Shown piece by piece: positions 37,001 through 45,363 of a DNA stretch of 64,000 nt (positions are counted from its first letter, which is position 1; the number at the start of each line of letters is the position of its first letter). A model generated the notes under the pieces. The model had not been told where the DNA came from and searched no databases. It saw nothing but the letters and a program-made list of their open reading frames with translations. Position numbers and translations under genes: made by a program. This stretch comes from Prosthecobacter sp. (GTDB taxonomy: Bacteria > Verrucomicrobiota > Verrucomicrobiia > Verrucomicrobiales > Verrucomicrobiaceae). The DNA lies in the NCBI GenBank assembly GCA_017853885.1, contig JAFMIR010000016.1, positions 8,990-72,989 of the forward strand, read 5' to 3'.

Positions 37001-40000
37001 AGGCGGAAAAGCGTGTCTATGAGCAGGTAGTCAAGGTGCAGTCTTGGGACAGCCGCTCCTTGCTGCGTCTGGCCTTGAAGTGCCTGCGTTTCGCAGACAC
37101 CGCGGCGGCGGAGAAACATTTGGAGCAGATCCTCGCGCTGAAGACAAAAGCCACCATCACACGCAGCGGCATGCGGGGTCCGCTGCCTCTCAGTGATGGG
37201 CGTAAAAGTGGTGGCAAGTCGTCGATGAGCGAGCTGACGCCGCTGCTGGATTTCGCGCCCGGCATCGAACGGGCGGAGATCGAGAGGCTGCGCGCCTTCC
37301 TTTCCATGCCGCGGCCGGAGTTCGCGGATGTGCCAGAAGATGCGGCGTTGGTGCGCCTACGGGCCATTGAGGAGCTTTCGAAGCTCAAGAGACAAAGCGG
37401 TGGCAAGTCGTGCGAAGCTTGGATCACTCGGTGGAATTCCGGTCTGCACTCCGATTGGGAGAAATTGTGGGCTCTGTATTACAGCGGCGAGGGCGCCGCA
37501 TTCCGCAGGCTGCTGCATACCCTGCTGAAAAGTGATCAAGGCACGCTGGAAGGTCAGTTTTGCCTGCTGTGGATGAACCTGCGCAGCCATGGCATGAGCG
37601 ATGTGATGGCGTGGGCTGCGCCGGGAGCTCTCATGCCCGAGGTGATCGCGGCGCGGGAGCGGCTGGTACATGCTTGTGTGTCGATGTTGGTCGATGCGGA
37701 GGGGTTTCACTTTACAGAGGATGAGCTGAGGCAGCTCGGTGGCTCGAAGGTGATGCGCACGGCGGCTATCTGGGATGTGACGGATAAGCTCAAGGGCAAA
37801 CAGCGCTACCACGAGGCGCTGGCACTCGGTGAGGGGCTTCCACGTCAGACGCTGGACAAGTCGTCGATCTACGCGCTCTTCCTCGCCCGAATCGCGGAGA
37901 GTGCGGAAGATTGGACGCTGGCTCGGCACCATCTTCAGCAGGCGGTAAACGCGCCGCTATTGCCGGAGGCATACCGCAGCCGCTTTGACACCTTTCTGTC
38001 GAGTTTTTCGTCGCTGCAGCGCGTGGCAGGTTCAAGGCCGGAACGCGATGCGATCACACGGGACGCATGGCGCCGCCTCCAGCGCTCGACGCCGAGTGAT
38101 CTCACGGTCATTCGTCAGGCTGCGGTGCAGGGTGTGGCGGGTGCGGATGATGCTGCGGCGAAAAAGCTCGGCGGCTTTTTCACCCGCGATTTCACCACCA
38201 CGCGGCAGATGAGCGACGGGCGCGGCAATCTGATGCCTCAGGGCTCCTCGCGCTACGAGGAGGCCCAGCATGTGCGCAGCCTGTGGGAGGAGACCCGTGA
38301 GCTGCAGATGATCCTGCGCCAGCAAGGCTTGGGCAATGCAATCAAAGGCACGAACGCCGAGCTTGAGCAGCGCTGGGGGACCACAATGTTAGCCCCGCGT
38401 TCCGACACGGAATTCGGAGAGTGGCGCATTCATGCACTGCTTTCCAAACTGCGTCCGGTGGACTATCCCACCCGTCTGCGTCTCATCCGCGAGCATCTCG
38501 CGAGTGTGGACATGCGCACAGAGCATAGCGTCGACACGCTGGGCAATCTCGGTAGCCGCCTCGAAAGTGCGGGGATGTCCCGCGAGGCGGTGATGGTGTA
38601 CCGCCAGCTCCCGGATCGGGCGCCTTCGAATCCCGATTACGCACAGTGGCTGCTGCGAGCTTGTGAAAACTCCGGCGATGTGGAGCCCGGTGCCTCCTTC
38701 GCACATCACCTGCTCATCGCCGAGGCGCCAAACAAGCCGCCTGCTATCGGTGATGAGGTGCTGCGTGAAAAGCATGCCCTCTTCTTGGCGCGTGACTTCA
38801 ATCTTGATGAACTGCGCCGACAGGCTTTTCGTGAAAAAATCTCTCAGGTGCTTGCGGGTCGTGAACCGCATGAAATCCCATATTTGAAAGCCTATGCACT
38901 GCTCCAAGAACGCATGGGCAACCTGCAGGCCGCCCTGCAAGCATGGCAACACCTGAAGGCCGTCTTTGCGGCCAATGATCAAAGCGGCCATGAGTTTGAG
39001 GCGGAGGGGAATTTGCACCTCGCCAAGTTGCTGCAGCGCCTCGCGAGACCGAAGGAAGCCGTCCATGCGCTGCGCGCTGTCCCGGTCAAGGAACCGCTCA
39101 GCGCGCTGATGACCGATACACTCGATCAACGCGTGCGCCTCGCCGTCGGCTTGGGCGACTGGAAAGAGATGGGTGAGCTGAAAGTGCAGGCCGTGGAGTT
39201 GAAATCGCTGCCCACCGTGCTAGTGATCGCTCGTGAGCTCGCCACGCATGAGCGCCGGGTTGAGGCGCTGAACTTCCTTACGCAGGCCGAGCGCACGTTG
39301 AAGGACGATCATCAGCGGTTCACACTCCGGCTGGAGCAGCTTACGCTGCTTTCGCAGGATGGCGCTTGGTCCCCTGAGCGGGATCGCGCCCGCCTTTCCG
39401 CCCTCTTTCGCACGCCGACACGAGATCGTGACACGCTCGTGCGTCTTCTCGAATGGCTGAAAAAGCAATCCGAAGGTCCTCATGCTGCTCGATGGGTTCG
39501 CGTGTTGCGTGCCGAGGCCGCTGCAGGCAGTGATCGAGCGGCTGCGGCTCTCGCCTTGAGTGCCTTCGCCCCTATTTTGGATGAGACCACGCCCGCGATT
39601 CTCCATCAAGCTTGGGCTGAGGCCATCGAGAAAGATCGACTCTGCATCGAGCTGACCGCGCAGCGACTTCTTGAAGGCCAAAAACCCGCGTGGGCTCGCG
39701 AAGCATGCCGATTGGTTGCCTCCATCCCCACGCTGCGTGAGAATGGCCGCAAGCTGCCGCTCACCATCCGTGTGGCACAGGCGTTGAATGATGAAGCGGA
39801 GGTGCGCGAACTTTTCAACGAGACGTTGCGCATGCCCTTCCCCGGTGGCGGCCAGACGGTGGCTTGGGCGCTTGCCCTAGAAGAAACCGGTCATGCCAAT
39901 CTCGCTCGCGAGCTTTTCGATGCCGCCTTGCGTCAGATCGAGGCAGGTGAGAGCTTGCAGTTGGAGATCCACGCCGCGTGGACTCGTTTCCTCATCCGGC

Positions 40001-40215
40001 AGAAGGATTTCGATGCTGCCGAGTCCTTTCTAATGCGGATGCACTGGGCGATGCCCGGCGAAGCTGCAAAACTCGTGTTTGAACTCCATGCCGCGTGGGG
40101 GAAGCTCAGCAACCTCGACGCCGAGCTGCCAAAATACCGCCTACCCACTGGCACCGTCCGCGAGGCCACCTTCCTCGCCAAGCAGCAGCTCGACCAAGCC
40201 TCACCTCCCCCATGA
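34048..40215 (+). CDS. Very large (~2050 aa) tetratricopeptide-repeat protein, probably exported
   Basis: Uninterrupted ORF of A/L/E/R-rich helical repeats with TPR-like spacing and a signal-like N-terminus. No catalytic motif recognised. The start is uncertain (34030-34048). Confidence 0.85.
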   Translation: MIGGVKRKNPGLAYHLRCLAAAALVVSVDGQNAPKPWLERDTRLANEYLSLLVQQPEYGRVIELLWTLYEKHESTKLLVENVAAQAASSKHPSVLLVHGHLLRRAGDLKAAATKYDEVLKLDVANVFAIRSRADVAVDLKKPEEALELLKRLAETSAETAVWIEIGNLSLGIGKNAEAAEAWEKAARMQPEDFTLARQVAQLLLQAGFPERAAAFFSKLADQKDPQRRLDALYDLARIYEHADQFAAADRTLRDGLVLLHFRDGRYFDFFRRRVRLHERFGMLDDLQKALLAAAKAQPPSEQALWDATRFFDLTVDVDEQVKWLRELVKTVPQVEDYRWELVRALLDHEGAAEAAKLLDERLKNDGSDLPSLVMLRCEADLRGGDSQAAVARLVKLLEAQTTVEAEKQVLVFAQTRSLDVVIEKILRGRVDRDPQKTEAVFELAAYYRARRDAVAEDKLLREFTSGAATDVERQKRLGDAAAFLASSNNLDSAIMLARESVAKPDAGRDAWLRLADLLAEQGDNDEAAEWIEKAWLASTTDEERIDTDERLFSILMGGKDETAKKGGKPAEFTLPNAFTGAGFGSDEPENPEQKKFPEAVEEKARKLAAAAGRGNDAERFRALWWAVRAQHTDEGYAILRGLEFDAKGRPRPLSAAAEQLKLDLAVVDENLALQERQLKRLIESDAAGRVRHTLRLSELLLESERRSTAEVGGAGWRMMGSSPVQGLMAAKLLERAQREMPDSEPILSALTQVYLLQRRTEDVLALWKQAVKQAEGATVAALMERHADLLLRLNRLEDFVQTQALILERETDIKRRREMLGRCVDRLTFSDANGGELAPNVIKDRLRLVEKALRSLLQRHPFDGFYHEALAMVAERQGDHATAFASMKQAYYTAPETPFSLAQLREAALKVGDLKSAIYFQRQIAAASPPQELAAESRRLVELLEQTFQIDEADRVRRRLESRFSQDVKALNELARHYQTTGQDEAEKRVYEQVVKVQSWDSRSLLRLALKCLRFADTAAAEKHLEQILALKTKATITRSGMRGPLPLSDGRKSGGKSSMSELTPLLDFAPGIERAEIERLRAFLSMPRPEFADVPEDAALVRLRAIEELSKLKRQSGGKSCEAWITRWNSGLHSDWEKLWALYYSGEGAAFRRLLHTLLKSDQGTLEGQFCLLWMNLRSHGMSDVMAWAAPGALMPEVIAARERLVHACVSMLVDAEGFHFTEDELRQLGGSKVMRTAAIWDVTDKLKGKQRYHEALALGEGLPRQTLDKSSIYALFLARIAESAEDWTLARHHLQQAVNAPLLPEAYRSRFDTFLSSFSSLQRVAGSRPERDAITRDAWRRLQRSTPSDLTVIRQAAVQGVAGADDAAAKKLGGFFTRDFTTTRQMSDGRGNLMPQGSSRYEEAQHVRSLWEETRELQMILRQQGLGNAIKGTNAELEQRWGTTMLAPRSDTEFGEWRIHALLSKLRPVDYPTRLRLIREHLASVDMRTEHSVDTLGNLGSRLESAGMSREAVMVYRQLPDRAPSNPDYAQWLLRACENSGDVEPGASFAHHLLIAEAPNKPPAIGDEVLREKHALFLARDFNLDELRRQAFREKISQVLAGREPHEIPYLKAYALLQERMGNLQAALQAWQHLKAVFAANDQSGHEFEAEGNLHLAKLLQRLARPKEAVHALRAVPVKEPLSALMTDTLDQRVRLAVGLGDWKEMGELKVQAVELKSLPTVLVIARELATHERRVEALNFLTQAERTLKDDHQRFTLRLEQLTLLSQDGAWSPERDRARLSALFRTPTRDRDTLVRLLEWLKKQSEGPHAARWVRVLRAEAAAGSDRAAAALALSAFAPILDETTPAILHQAWAEAIEKDRLCIELTAQRLLEGQKPAWAREACRLVASIPTLRENGRKLPLTIRVAQALNDEAEVRELFNETLRMPFPGGGQTVAWALALEETGHANLARELFDAALRQIEAGESLQLEIHAAWTRFLIRQKDFDAAESFLMRMHWAMPGEAAKLVFELHAAWGKLSNLDAELPKYRLPTGTVREATFLAKQQLDQASPPP

Positions 40216-40790
40216 ACCTCCTTGCCTTGATTGCTTCCGCCCTCCTTCCGTTGCTGCTGCTTTGCTCCTGTGGCAGCTCGAAGGACAAAAAGAAGAAAAA
40301 AGACCCCATGAGCCAGACACTTGGCCAGCGGTTGGATCGGCCGGACTTGTCCCGCCAAAGCCGTTATCAGAAGTACATGGATAACTCGAAGCAGGCTGAC
40401 GGCATGGGCTCGCATTTTCAGAAAAAAAGTTTCCGCTCCTCGGAGTTTGCGGGGGATCAAAAGGCTGGTGGCCTGAGCCGGTCCTACAAAACCGATTCGG
40501 TCAAGGGTTTGGGGGCTTCGAAGTATGCTGAATCCAGTTTTACCCAATCCGACAAGGGCAGCGCTTTCTCAAAAAAGGAGTTCGGAGCAGGTTCTGCGTT
40601 TGATGCGGACAAGGCCTCGTCATCGGCGAGCAGCCTATTCAGCGGGGCAAACGATGTTTTCGGCACACGATCCGCCCTACCAAAGAGCCTGCGCACTGCC
40701 CGCCCGGAAAAAATCATTGAGGAACGCGGCTCCGACACGAGCAAATCTTACTCGGAGGACGAGATCAAACGGCTACTGGGAAGGCCTTGA
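40212..40790 (+). CDS. Lipoprotein with a Ser/Gly/Lys/Phe low-complexity region
   Basis: MNLLALIASALLPLLLLCSC lipobox; ATGA overlap with the TPR gene stop. Confidence 0.75.
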   Translation: MNLLALIASALLPLLLLCSCGSSKDKKKKKDPMSQTLGQRLDRPDLSRQSRYQKYMDNSKQADGMGSHFQKKSFRSSEFAGDQKAGGLSRSYKTDSVKGLGASKYAESSFTQSDKGSAFSKKEFGAGSAFDADKASSSASSLFSGANDVFGTRSALPKSLRTARPEKIIEERGSDTSKSYSEDEIKRLLGRP

Positions 40791-40827
40791 TGGATGAAAG
40801 TGCCTGTAGCGTGCGTACAGGCCGAGC

Positions 40828-42456
40828 ATGAAAAATTGTTTTCTTTGGCTTGGATGTGCAGCGCTCGCCGTGGCGCAGGATTTGCCGCCACTCGATCTCG
40901 GTGGTGTGCGTGAGCAGCATGTCATGATCCCGATGCGGGATGGCGTGCGGCTTTCGGCCTATCTTTATCTTCCCGAAGGCGAGGGGAAATGGCCGGCGGT
41001 GTTTGAGCAGCGCTATGCGGATATCAGCGGTGCCTCGACGCGAAAAAATGCCGCGGAGCTCGCGAGGCATGGCTTTGCGGTGGCGATGGTGAACTTCCGC
41101 GGCTCGCAGAAGAGCGAGGGGCAGTATGTCGGCTACCGCGCCCTCGCGTGGGGCGAGAAGAAGGATGGCTACGACACCTGCGAATGGCTCGCTACGCAGC
41201 CGTGGAGCACGGGGAAGGTGGGCACGTTTGGCAGCTCACAGGGCGGCTTCGCACAGAACTTCCTCGCCGTCACACGTCCACCTCATCTCGTGTGCCAGTA
41301 CATGGTCGACACCGGATTGAGCCTGTTTCAGGAAGGCTACCGAATCGGTGGCGTGACTCGGCCCGGTCGCTTCGCGGACTTTGGCAAGAACTGCCGTGTG
41401 CCAGCGGACAACGATGCGCTGATGCGCGAGTGGGATGCACATCCGCATTACGACGACTACTGGAGGGCGGAGGACTGCTCGCTGCACTTCGATGAGATGA
41501 ACGTGCCGTGCTTCACTATCGGGAGCTGGTATGACTTCATGGTGCAGGGCAGCGTGATGAGCTTCATGGGCCGCAAGAAGAACGCGCCCCAGCAGCTCCT
41601 GCTCGGACCGTGGTTGCACGGCCGGTTAAACAAGGGCAGCAAGGTCGCGGAGATGCAGTATCCGGAAAACGCGACGTGGCCGGAGGTCGAGCACATGGTG
41701 CGGTGGTTCGATCACTGGCTCAAAGGCATCGACAACGGTGTCGAGAAGGAGCCGGCGGTGCGCTATTACGTTATGGGTGCCACCGGCGAGGCCAACGCAC
41801 CCGGGAATGTGTGGCGTGAGGCCGCCGACTGGCCGCCAGCGGCGACGGAGATGAGCTTTTACCTGCATGACGGCGGTGCCTTGAAGCCCGAAACACCTTC
41901 CGCGCTCTCCAGCGGCACGAGTTACGACTGCGATCCAATGAAGCCGATGGAAATGCCTGGCCGCGCCTTCCTCGGTGCGAAGGATGCGCAGTCCTTTGAA
42001 ACGCAAAAAGATGTGCGCGTGTGGACGACGCCTGTTCTGGAAAAACCACTCGAAATCACCGGGCAAGTGTTCGCCGAACTGTGGATGAAATCGACCGTCA
42101 AGGACACCGACTTTATCGTGCGTGTCTCGGACGTATATCCAGATGGCCGCAGCATGTTGCTGATGGATTACCCCCTGCGAGCGCGCTACCGCGAGGGCTT
42201 GGATCGTGAGGTGCTGCTGGTTCCCGGCGAGCCAGCGAAGCTGAAATGGCACCTCGGCTGGACGAGCATCATTTTAAACCAAGGGCATCGCCTCCGCGTG
42301 ACGATCTCCAGCACGGGCGCACCGCTTTACGAACCGAACAACCAGACCGGCGGCCCGCAGACGATCGACTGGCTCAAGGATGCCGTAAAGGCTACGCATA
42401 CTGTGCTGCATGAAAAACAGCATGCCTCCCGCGTGCTTCTACCGGTGAGACCCTAA
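40828..42456 (+). CDS. CocE/NonD family hydrolase (peptidase S15)
   Basis: IPMRDGVRL, GTFGSSQGG nucleophile elbow, GSWYD, GPWLHG and a C-terminal PepX-like domain. Confidence 0.92.
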   Translation: MKNCFLWLGCAALAVAQDLPPLDLGGVREQHVMIPMRDGVRLSAYLYLPEGEGKWPAVFEQRYADISGASTRKNAAELARHGFAVAMVNFRGSQKSEGQYVGYRALAWGEKKDGYDTCEWLATQPWSTGKVGTFGSSQGGFAQNFLAVTRPPHLVCQYMVDTGLSLFQEGYRIGGVTRPGRFADFGKNCRVPADNDALMREWDAHPHYDDYWRAEDCSLHFDEMNVPCFTIGSWYDFMVQGSVMSFMGRKKNAPQQLLLGPWLHGRLNKGSKVAEMQYPENATWPEVEHMVRWFDHWLKGIDNGVEKEPAVRYYVMGATGEANAPGNVWREAADWPPAATEMSFYLHDGGALKPETPSALSSGTSYDCDPMKPMEMPGRAFLGAKDAQSFETQKDVRVWTTPVLEKPLEITGQVFAELWMKSTVKDTDFIVRVSDVYPDGRSMLLMDYPLRARYREGLDREVLLVPGEPAKLKWHLGWTSIILNQGHRLRVTISSTGAPLYEPNNQTGGPQTIDWLKDAVKATHTVLHEKQHASRVLLPVRP

Positions 42457-42498
42457 AACACAAAAACAAAAAGGCCGGAAGACGAACTTCCAGCCTTT
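42455..42498 (-). terminator. Rho-independent terminator downstream of rplS
   Basis: The minus strand reads AAAGGCTGGAAG-TTCGT-CTTCCGGCCTTT (12-bp stem with one U-G pair) followed by TTGTTTTTGTGTTTT. Confidence 0.8.
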
Positions 42499-42523
42499 GA
42501 AAATGGGCAATGGTATCGGGCGA

Positions 42524-42886
42524 TCAGGCCGCCTCGTTCTGCTGGGCCACGTCCTTCACGGTCATAGCTTCCTTGCCCTGACGGCCGCGGAGGTAGTGCA
42601 GGCGATTACGGCGAACACGACCGGGCTTGGTCACTTCGATCTTGGCCACTTTAGGGCTGTGCAGGGGGAAGACACGCTCCACACCTTCGCCATAGCTGAT
42701 CTTGCGGACGGTGAAGGCTTCATTGATGTCGCAGCCTTTGCGGGCGATCACAATACCGGCGAAAATCTGGATACGCTCCTTGTCACCTTCGATGACTCGG
42801 GTGTGCACCTTCACGGTGTCGCCCACGCGAAACTCGGCGACTTCCTTCTTCAATTGTTCTTGGTTAATCTTCTCAATGATGTTCAT
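42524..42886 (-). CDS. rplS: 50S ribosomal protein L19
   Basis: FRVGDTVKVH, ERIQIFAGIVI, FTVRKISYGEGVERVFPLHSP and GRVRR..LHYLR motifs. Confidence 0.98.
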   Translation of the reverse strand: MNIIEKINQEQLKKEVAEFRVGDTVKVHTRVIEGDKERIQIFAGIVIARKGCDINEAFTVRKISYGEGVERVFPLHSPKVAKIEVTKPGRVRRNRLHYLRGRQGKEAMTVKDVAQQNEAA

Positions 42887-43108
42887 GGCACAAAGGTTCT
42901 AAGACGCGCCACAGAATGGGGTTGGACAATCGGTTCTGGGGAGCGAGGGGGCGCGAAGATGGGCATCCCGACCTCTTTAGCAACCAGTTTTTAGCCCACT
43001 TTGCTTCTTCGAAGCTCTGTAAACCGGCCTTTAGCCCGGTTTTTTGGCGTTCGATCACGCAAAGCCAAAGCGGCATCGTCCATTTAGAAACTGGGCTGGC
43101 AGGCGTAG

Positions 43109-43117
43109 TGTTATCAT
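43109..43117 (+). promoter_or_regulatory. Putative extended -10 element (TGnTATCAT) just upstream of the DUF1549 operon
   Basis: TGT TATCAT at 43109-43117, 9 nt before the ATG at 43127; no Shine-Dalgarno sequence. Confidence 0.45.
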
Positions 43118-43126
43118 CTACCCCCC

Positions 43127-45331
43127 ATGAAACGTGTCCTGACCAGTCTCCTCACCGTTGCTTTGACCTTCGGTCCAGCTTCAGAAGCCGCTGAGGTTCC
43201 CTCTTTTCGCAACACCATCCAGCCCATCCTCACCCGTTACGGATGCGCGATGGGCGCGTGTCACGGTGCGGCGGCGGGACAAGGAGGCTTCCGGCTTTCC
43301 CTGCGTGGTTTCGATGACGAGGGGGACTGGCTCTCGATCACGCGAAGTGCGAACGGCCGCCGGCTCACGCTCGAAGACCCAGCGCGCAGTCTTTTTCTGC
43401 TCAAGGCAGTTAAGGCTGTGCCGCACAAGGGCGATAAGCGTTTCGAAGTGAACTCGCCCGAATACAAGGCTATCGTCGATTGGATCGCGGCGGGCGCTCC
43501 AGGGCCTAAAGCGGATGACCCTCGCATCGTGTCGCTTAGTGTGTCAGAGCCGCATCTCGTCACAAAGGCAGGTCAAAGCGTGCAGCTCAAAGTCACCGCG
43601 AAGTTCAGTGACGGACATAGCGAAGACGTCACGCGCGGGTGCAAATACAACGCAACGAACGCCAGCGTGGCCACGGTGGATGAAAATGGCCTCGTCAAAA
43701 CCACGGGCAGCGGAGAAGGAACCGTCAGTGCCTGGTATTTGAGCCGTCTGGCCATCGTCACCATCACCATCCCGCAGTCTGGCAAACCGAATACGGAGGC
43801 CTTCGCAGCGCTGAAGCCGCGCAACTTCATTGACGAGCATGTTTTGACCAAACTGCGCGAGCTGAACATCCCGCCCTCAGGTCGCGCCACGGACGCGGAG
43901 TTCCTGCGCCGTGCGTTTCTCGATACCATTGGCGTTTTGCCCACGCCGGACGAAGCGAAGGCCTTCCTCGCCGACAAGGCAGCCGACAAACGTGACCGGC
44001 TCATCGATGCGCTGCTGAAGCGGCCCGAGTTCGTCGATTACTGGTCGCATCGCTGGAGCGATCTCTTCCTCGTGAATGGCGACAAACTCATGCCGCAGGC
44101 GATGTGGTCGTATTACAACTGGATCCGCCGTCACGTCGCCGCGAACACGCCGTGGGACGCCATGGTGCGTGATCTGCTCACTGCCACCGGCAGCACGCTG
44201 GAGAACGGCGGAGGCAACTTTTTCATCCTCAACGACGAGCCGACGAAGTGCGCTGAAACCGTCAGCGTGGCCTTCCTCGGCACCTCCATCGGCTGCGCAA
44301 AGTGCCACAACCACCCGATGGAAAAGTGGACCTATGACCAATACTACGCCTTCGCCAATCTCTTCGCCCGTGTGCGAACTAAGAACGGCACGCAGGCTGA
44401 CGAACGCGTGCTTTTCAGTGACACGCAGGGCGATCTCGTCGCACCGCTCACCGGCAAACCGCAGCCGCCGCGCCCGCTCGATGCCCTGCAGCCCGTTTCA
44501 ATGACCTCCACCGAGGACCGACGCATCACGCTCGCGAACTGGCTCACCAGCGCCGACAACAAACTCTTCCAACGCGCCATTGTGAACCGCGTGTGGGCGA
44601 ACTTCTTCGGCTCAGGCCTCGTCGAGGCTGTCGATGATCTGCGCGTCACCAATCCTTCGAGCAACGAACCGCTTTTCGTGGCCGCCTGCGAGCATCTCGT
44701 GAAGCAGAAGTTCGATCTGAAGGCCCTCATGCGCACCATCATGCAAAGTGAGACTTACCAGCGTAGCAGCATCGCACTCCCTGAAAACATCACCGACCTC
44801 CGTTACGGCTCGCACTACGTTCCGCGCCGATTGAAGGCTGAGGTGTTGCTCGACACCGTGTCGCAGGTCGCCGCCGCGCCTACCACCTTCAAGATCGACC
44901 GCCGCAACGCCAACCGCGGCACCGCCGATGCCTACCCCATGGGCTTCCGCGCGCTGCAACTCCCGGACAGCAACATCGCCAATTACTTTTTGAAGAGCTT
45001 TGGCCGTGCCGACCGCGTCGCCACCTGCGAATGCGAGCGCACCAACGAACCCAGCATGGCACAGGCCCTCCACATCGCGAATGGCGACACCTTGAACCAA
45101 AAGCTCGCCCAAAAGGACAACCGCCTCGACGCCCTCCTATCCAGCAAGCAACCCGACGCCAAGATCATCGAAGAAGCCTACCTCCTCACCCTCACCCGCG
45201 CCCCCACCGACCGCGAACTCGAAAAAGCCACGCAACTTCTCGCTACCGCCAAACCCGAAGACCGCCGCGTCACGCTGGAAGATCTGTTTTGGAGCCTGAT
45301 GAGTTCGAAGGAGTTTTTGTTTAATCACTAA
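43127..45331 (+). CDS. DUF1549/DUF1553 (PSCyt2/PSD1) protein with Ig-like domain
   Basis: CAMGACHG, NFIDEHV, EFLRRAFLDTIG, CAKCHNHP, NRVWANFFGSGLV, CECER and SKEFLFNH signature segments. Confidence 0.92.
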   Translation: MKRVLTSLLTVALTFGPASEAAEVPSFRNTIQPILTRYGCAMGACHGAAAGQGGFRLSLRGFDDEGDWLSITRSANGRRLTLEDPARSLFLLKAVKAVPHKGDKRFEVNSPEYKAIVDWIAAGAPGPKADDPRIVSLSVSEPHLVTKAGQSVQLKVTAKFSDGHSEDVTRGCKYNATNASVATVDENGLVKTTGSGEGTVSAWYLSRLAIVTITIPQSGKPNTEAFAALKPRNFIDEHVLTKLRELNIPPSGRATDAEFLRRAFLDTIGVLPTPDEAKAFLADKAADKRDRLIDALLKRPEFVDYWSHRWSDLFLVNGDKLMPQAMWSYYNWIRRHVAANTPWDAMVRDLLTATGSTLENGGGNFFILNDEPTKCAETVSVAFLGTSIGCAKCHNHPMEKWTYDQYYAFANLFARVRTKNGTQADERVLFSDTQGDLVAPLTGKPQPPRPLDALQPVSMTSTEDRRITLANWLTSADNKLFQRAIVNRVWANFFGSGLVEAVDDLRVTNPSSNEPLFVAACEHLVKQKFDLKALMRTIMQSETYQRSSIALPENITDLRYGSHYVPRRLKAEVLLDTVSQVAAAPTTFKIDRRNANRGTADAYPMGFRALQLPDSNIANYFLKSFGRADRVATCECERTNEPSMAQALHIANGDTLNQKLAQKDNRLDALLSSKQPDAKIIEEAYLLTLTRAPTDRELEKATQLLATAKPEDRRVTLEDLFWSLMSSKEFLFNH

Positions 45332-45363
45332 ACCCAGAGTTCAGCCTTTAATTCATTTGCCCG

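Noticed and set aside
29950-40215. Blocks with more relaxed codon usage suggesting horizontal transfer
   Set aside because: No integrase, tRNA target, direct repeats or sharp GC boundary was seen. Expression-level differences could explain it, and I could not quantify it without computation.
43021-43045. Hairpin AAACCGG-N8-CCGGTTT followed by TTT
   Set aside because: It sits between divergent genes with no transcript obviously ending there; the stem is mostly weak.
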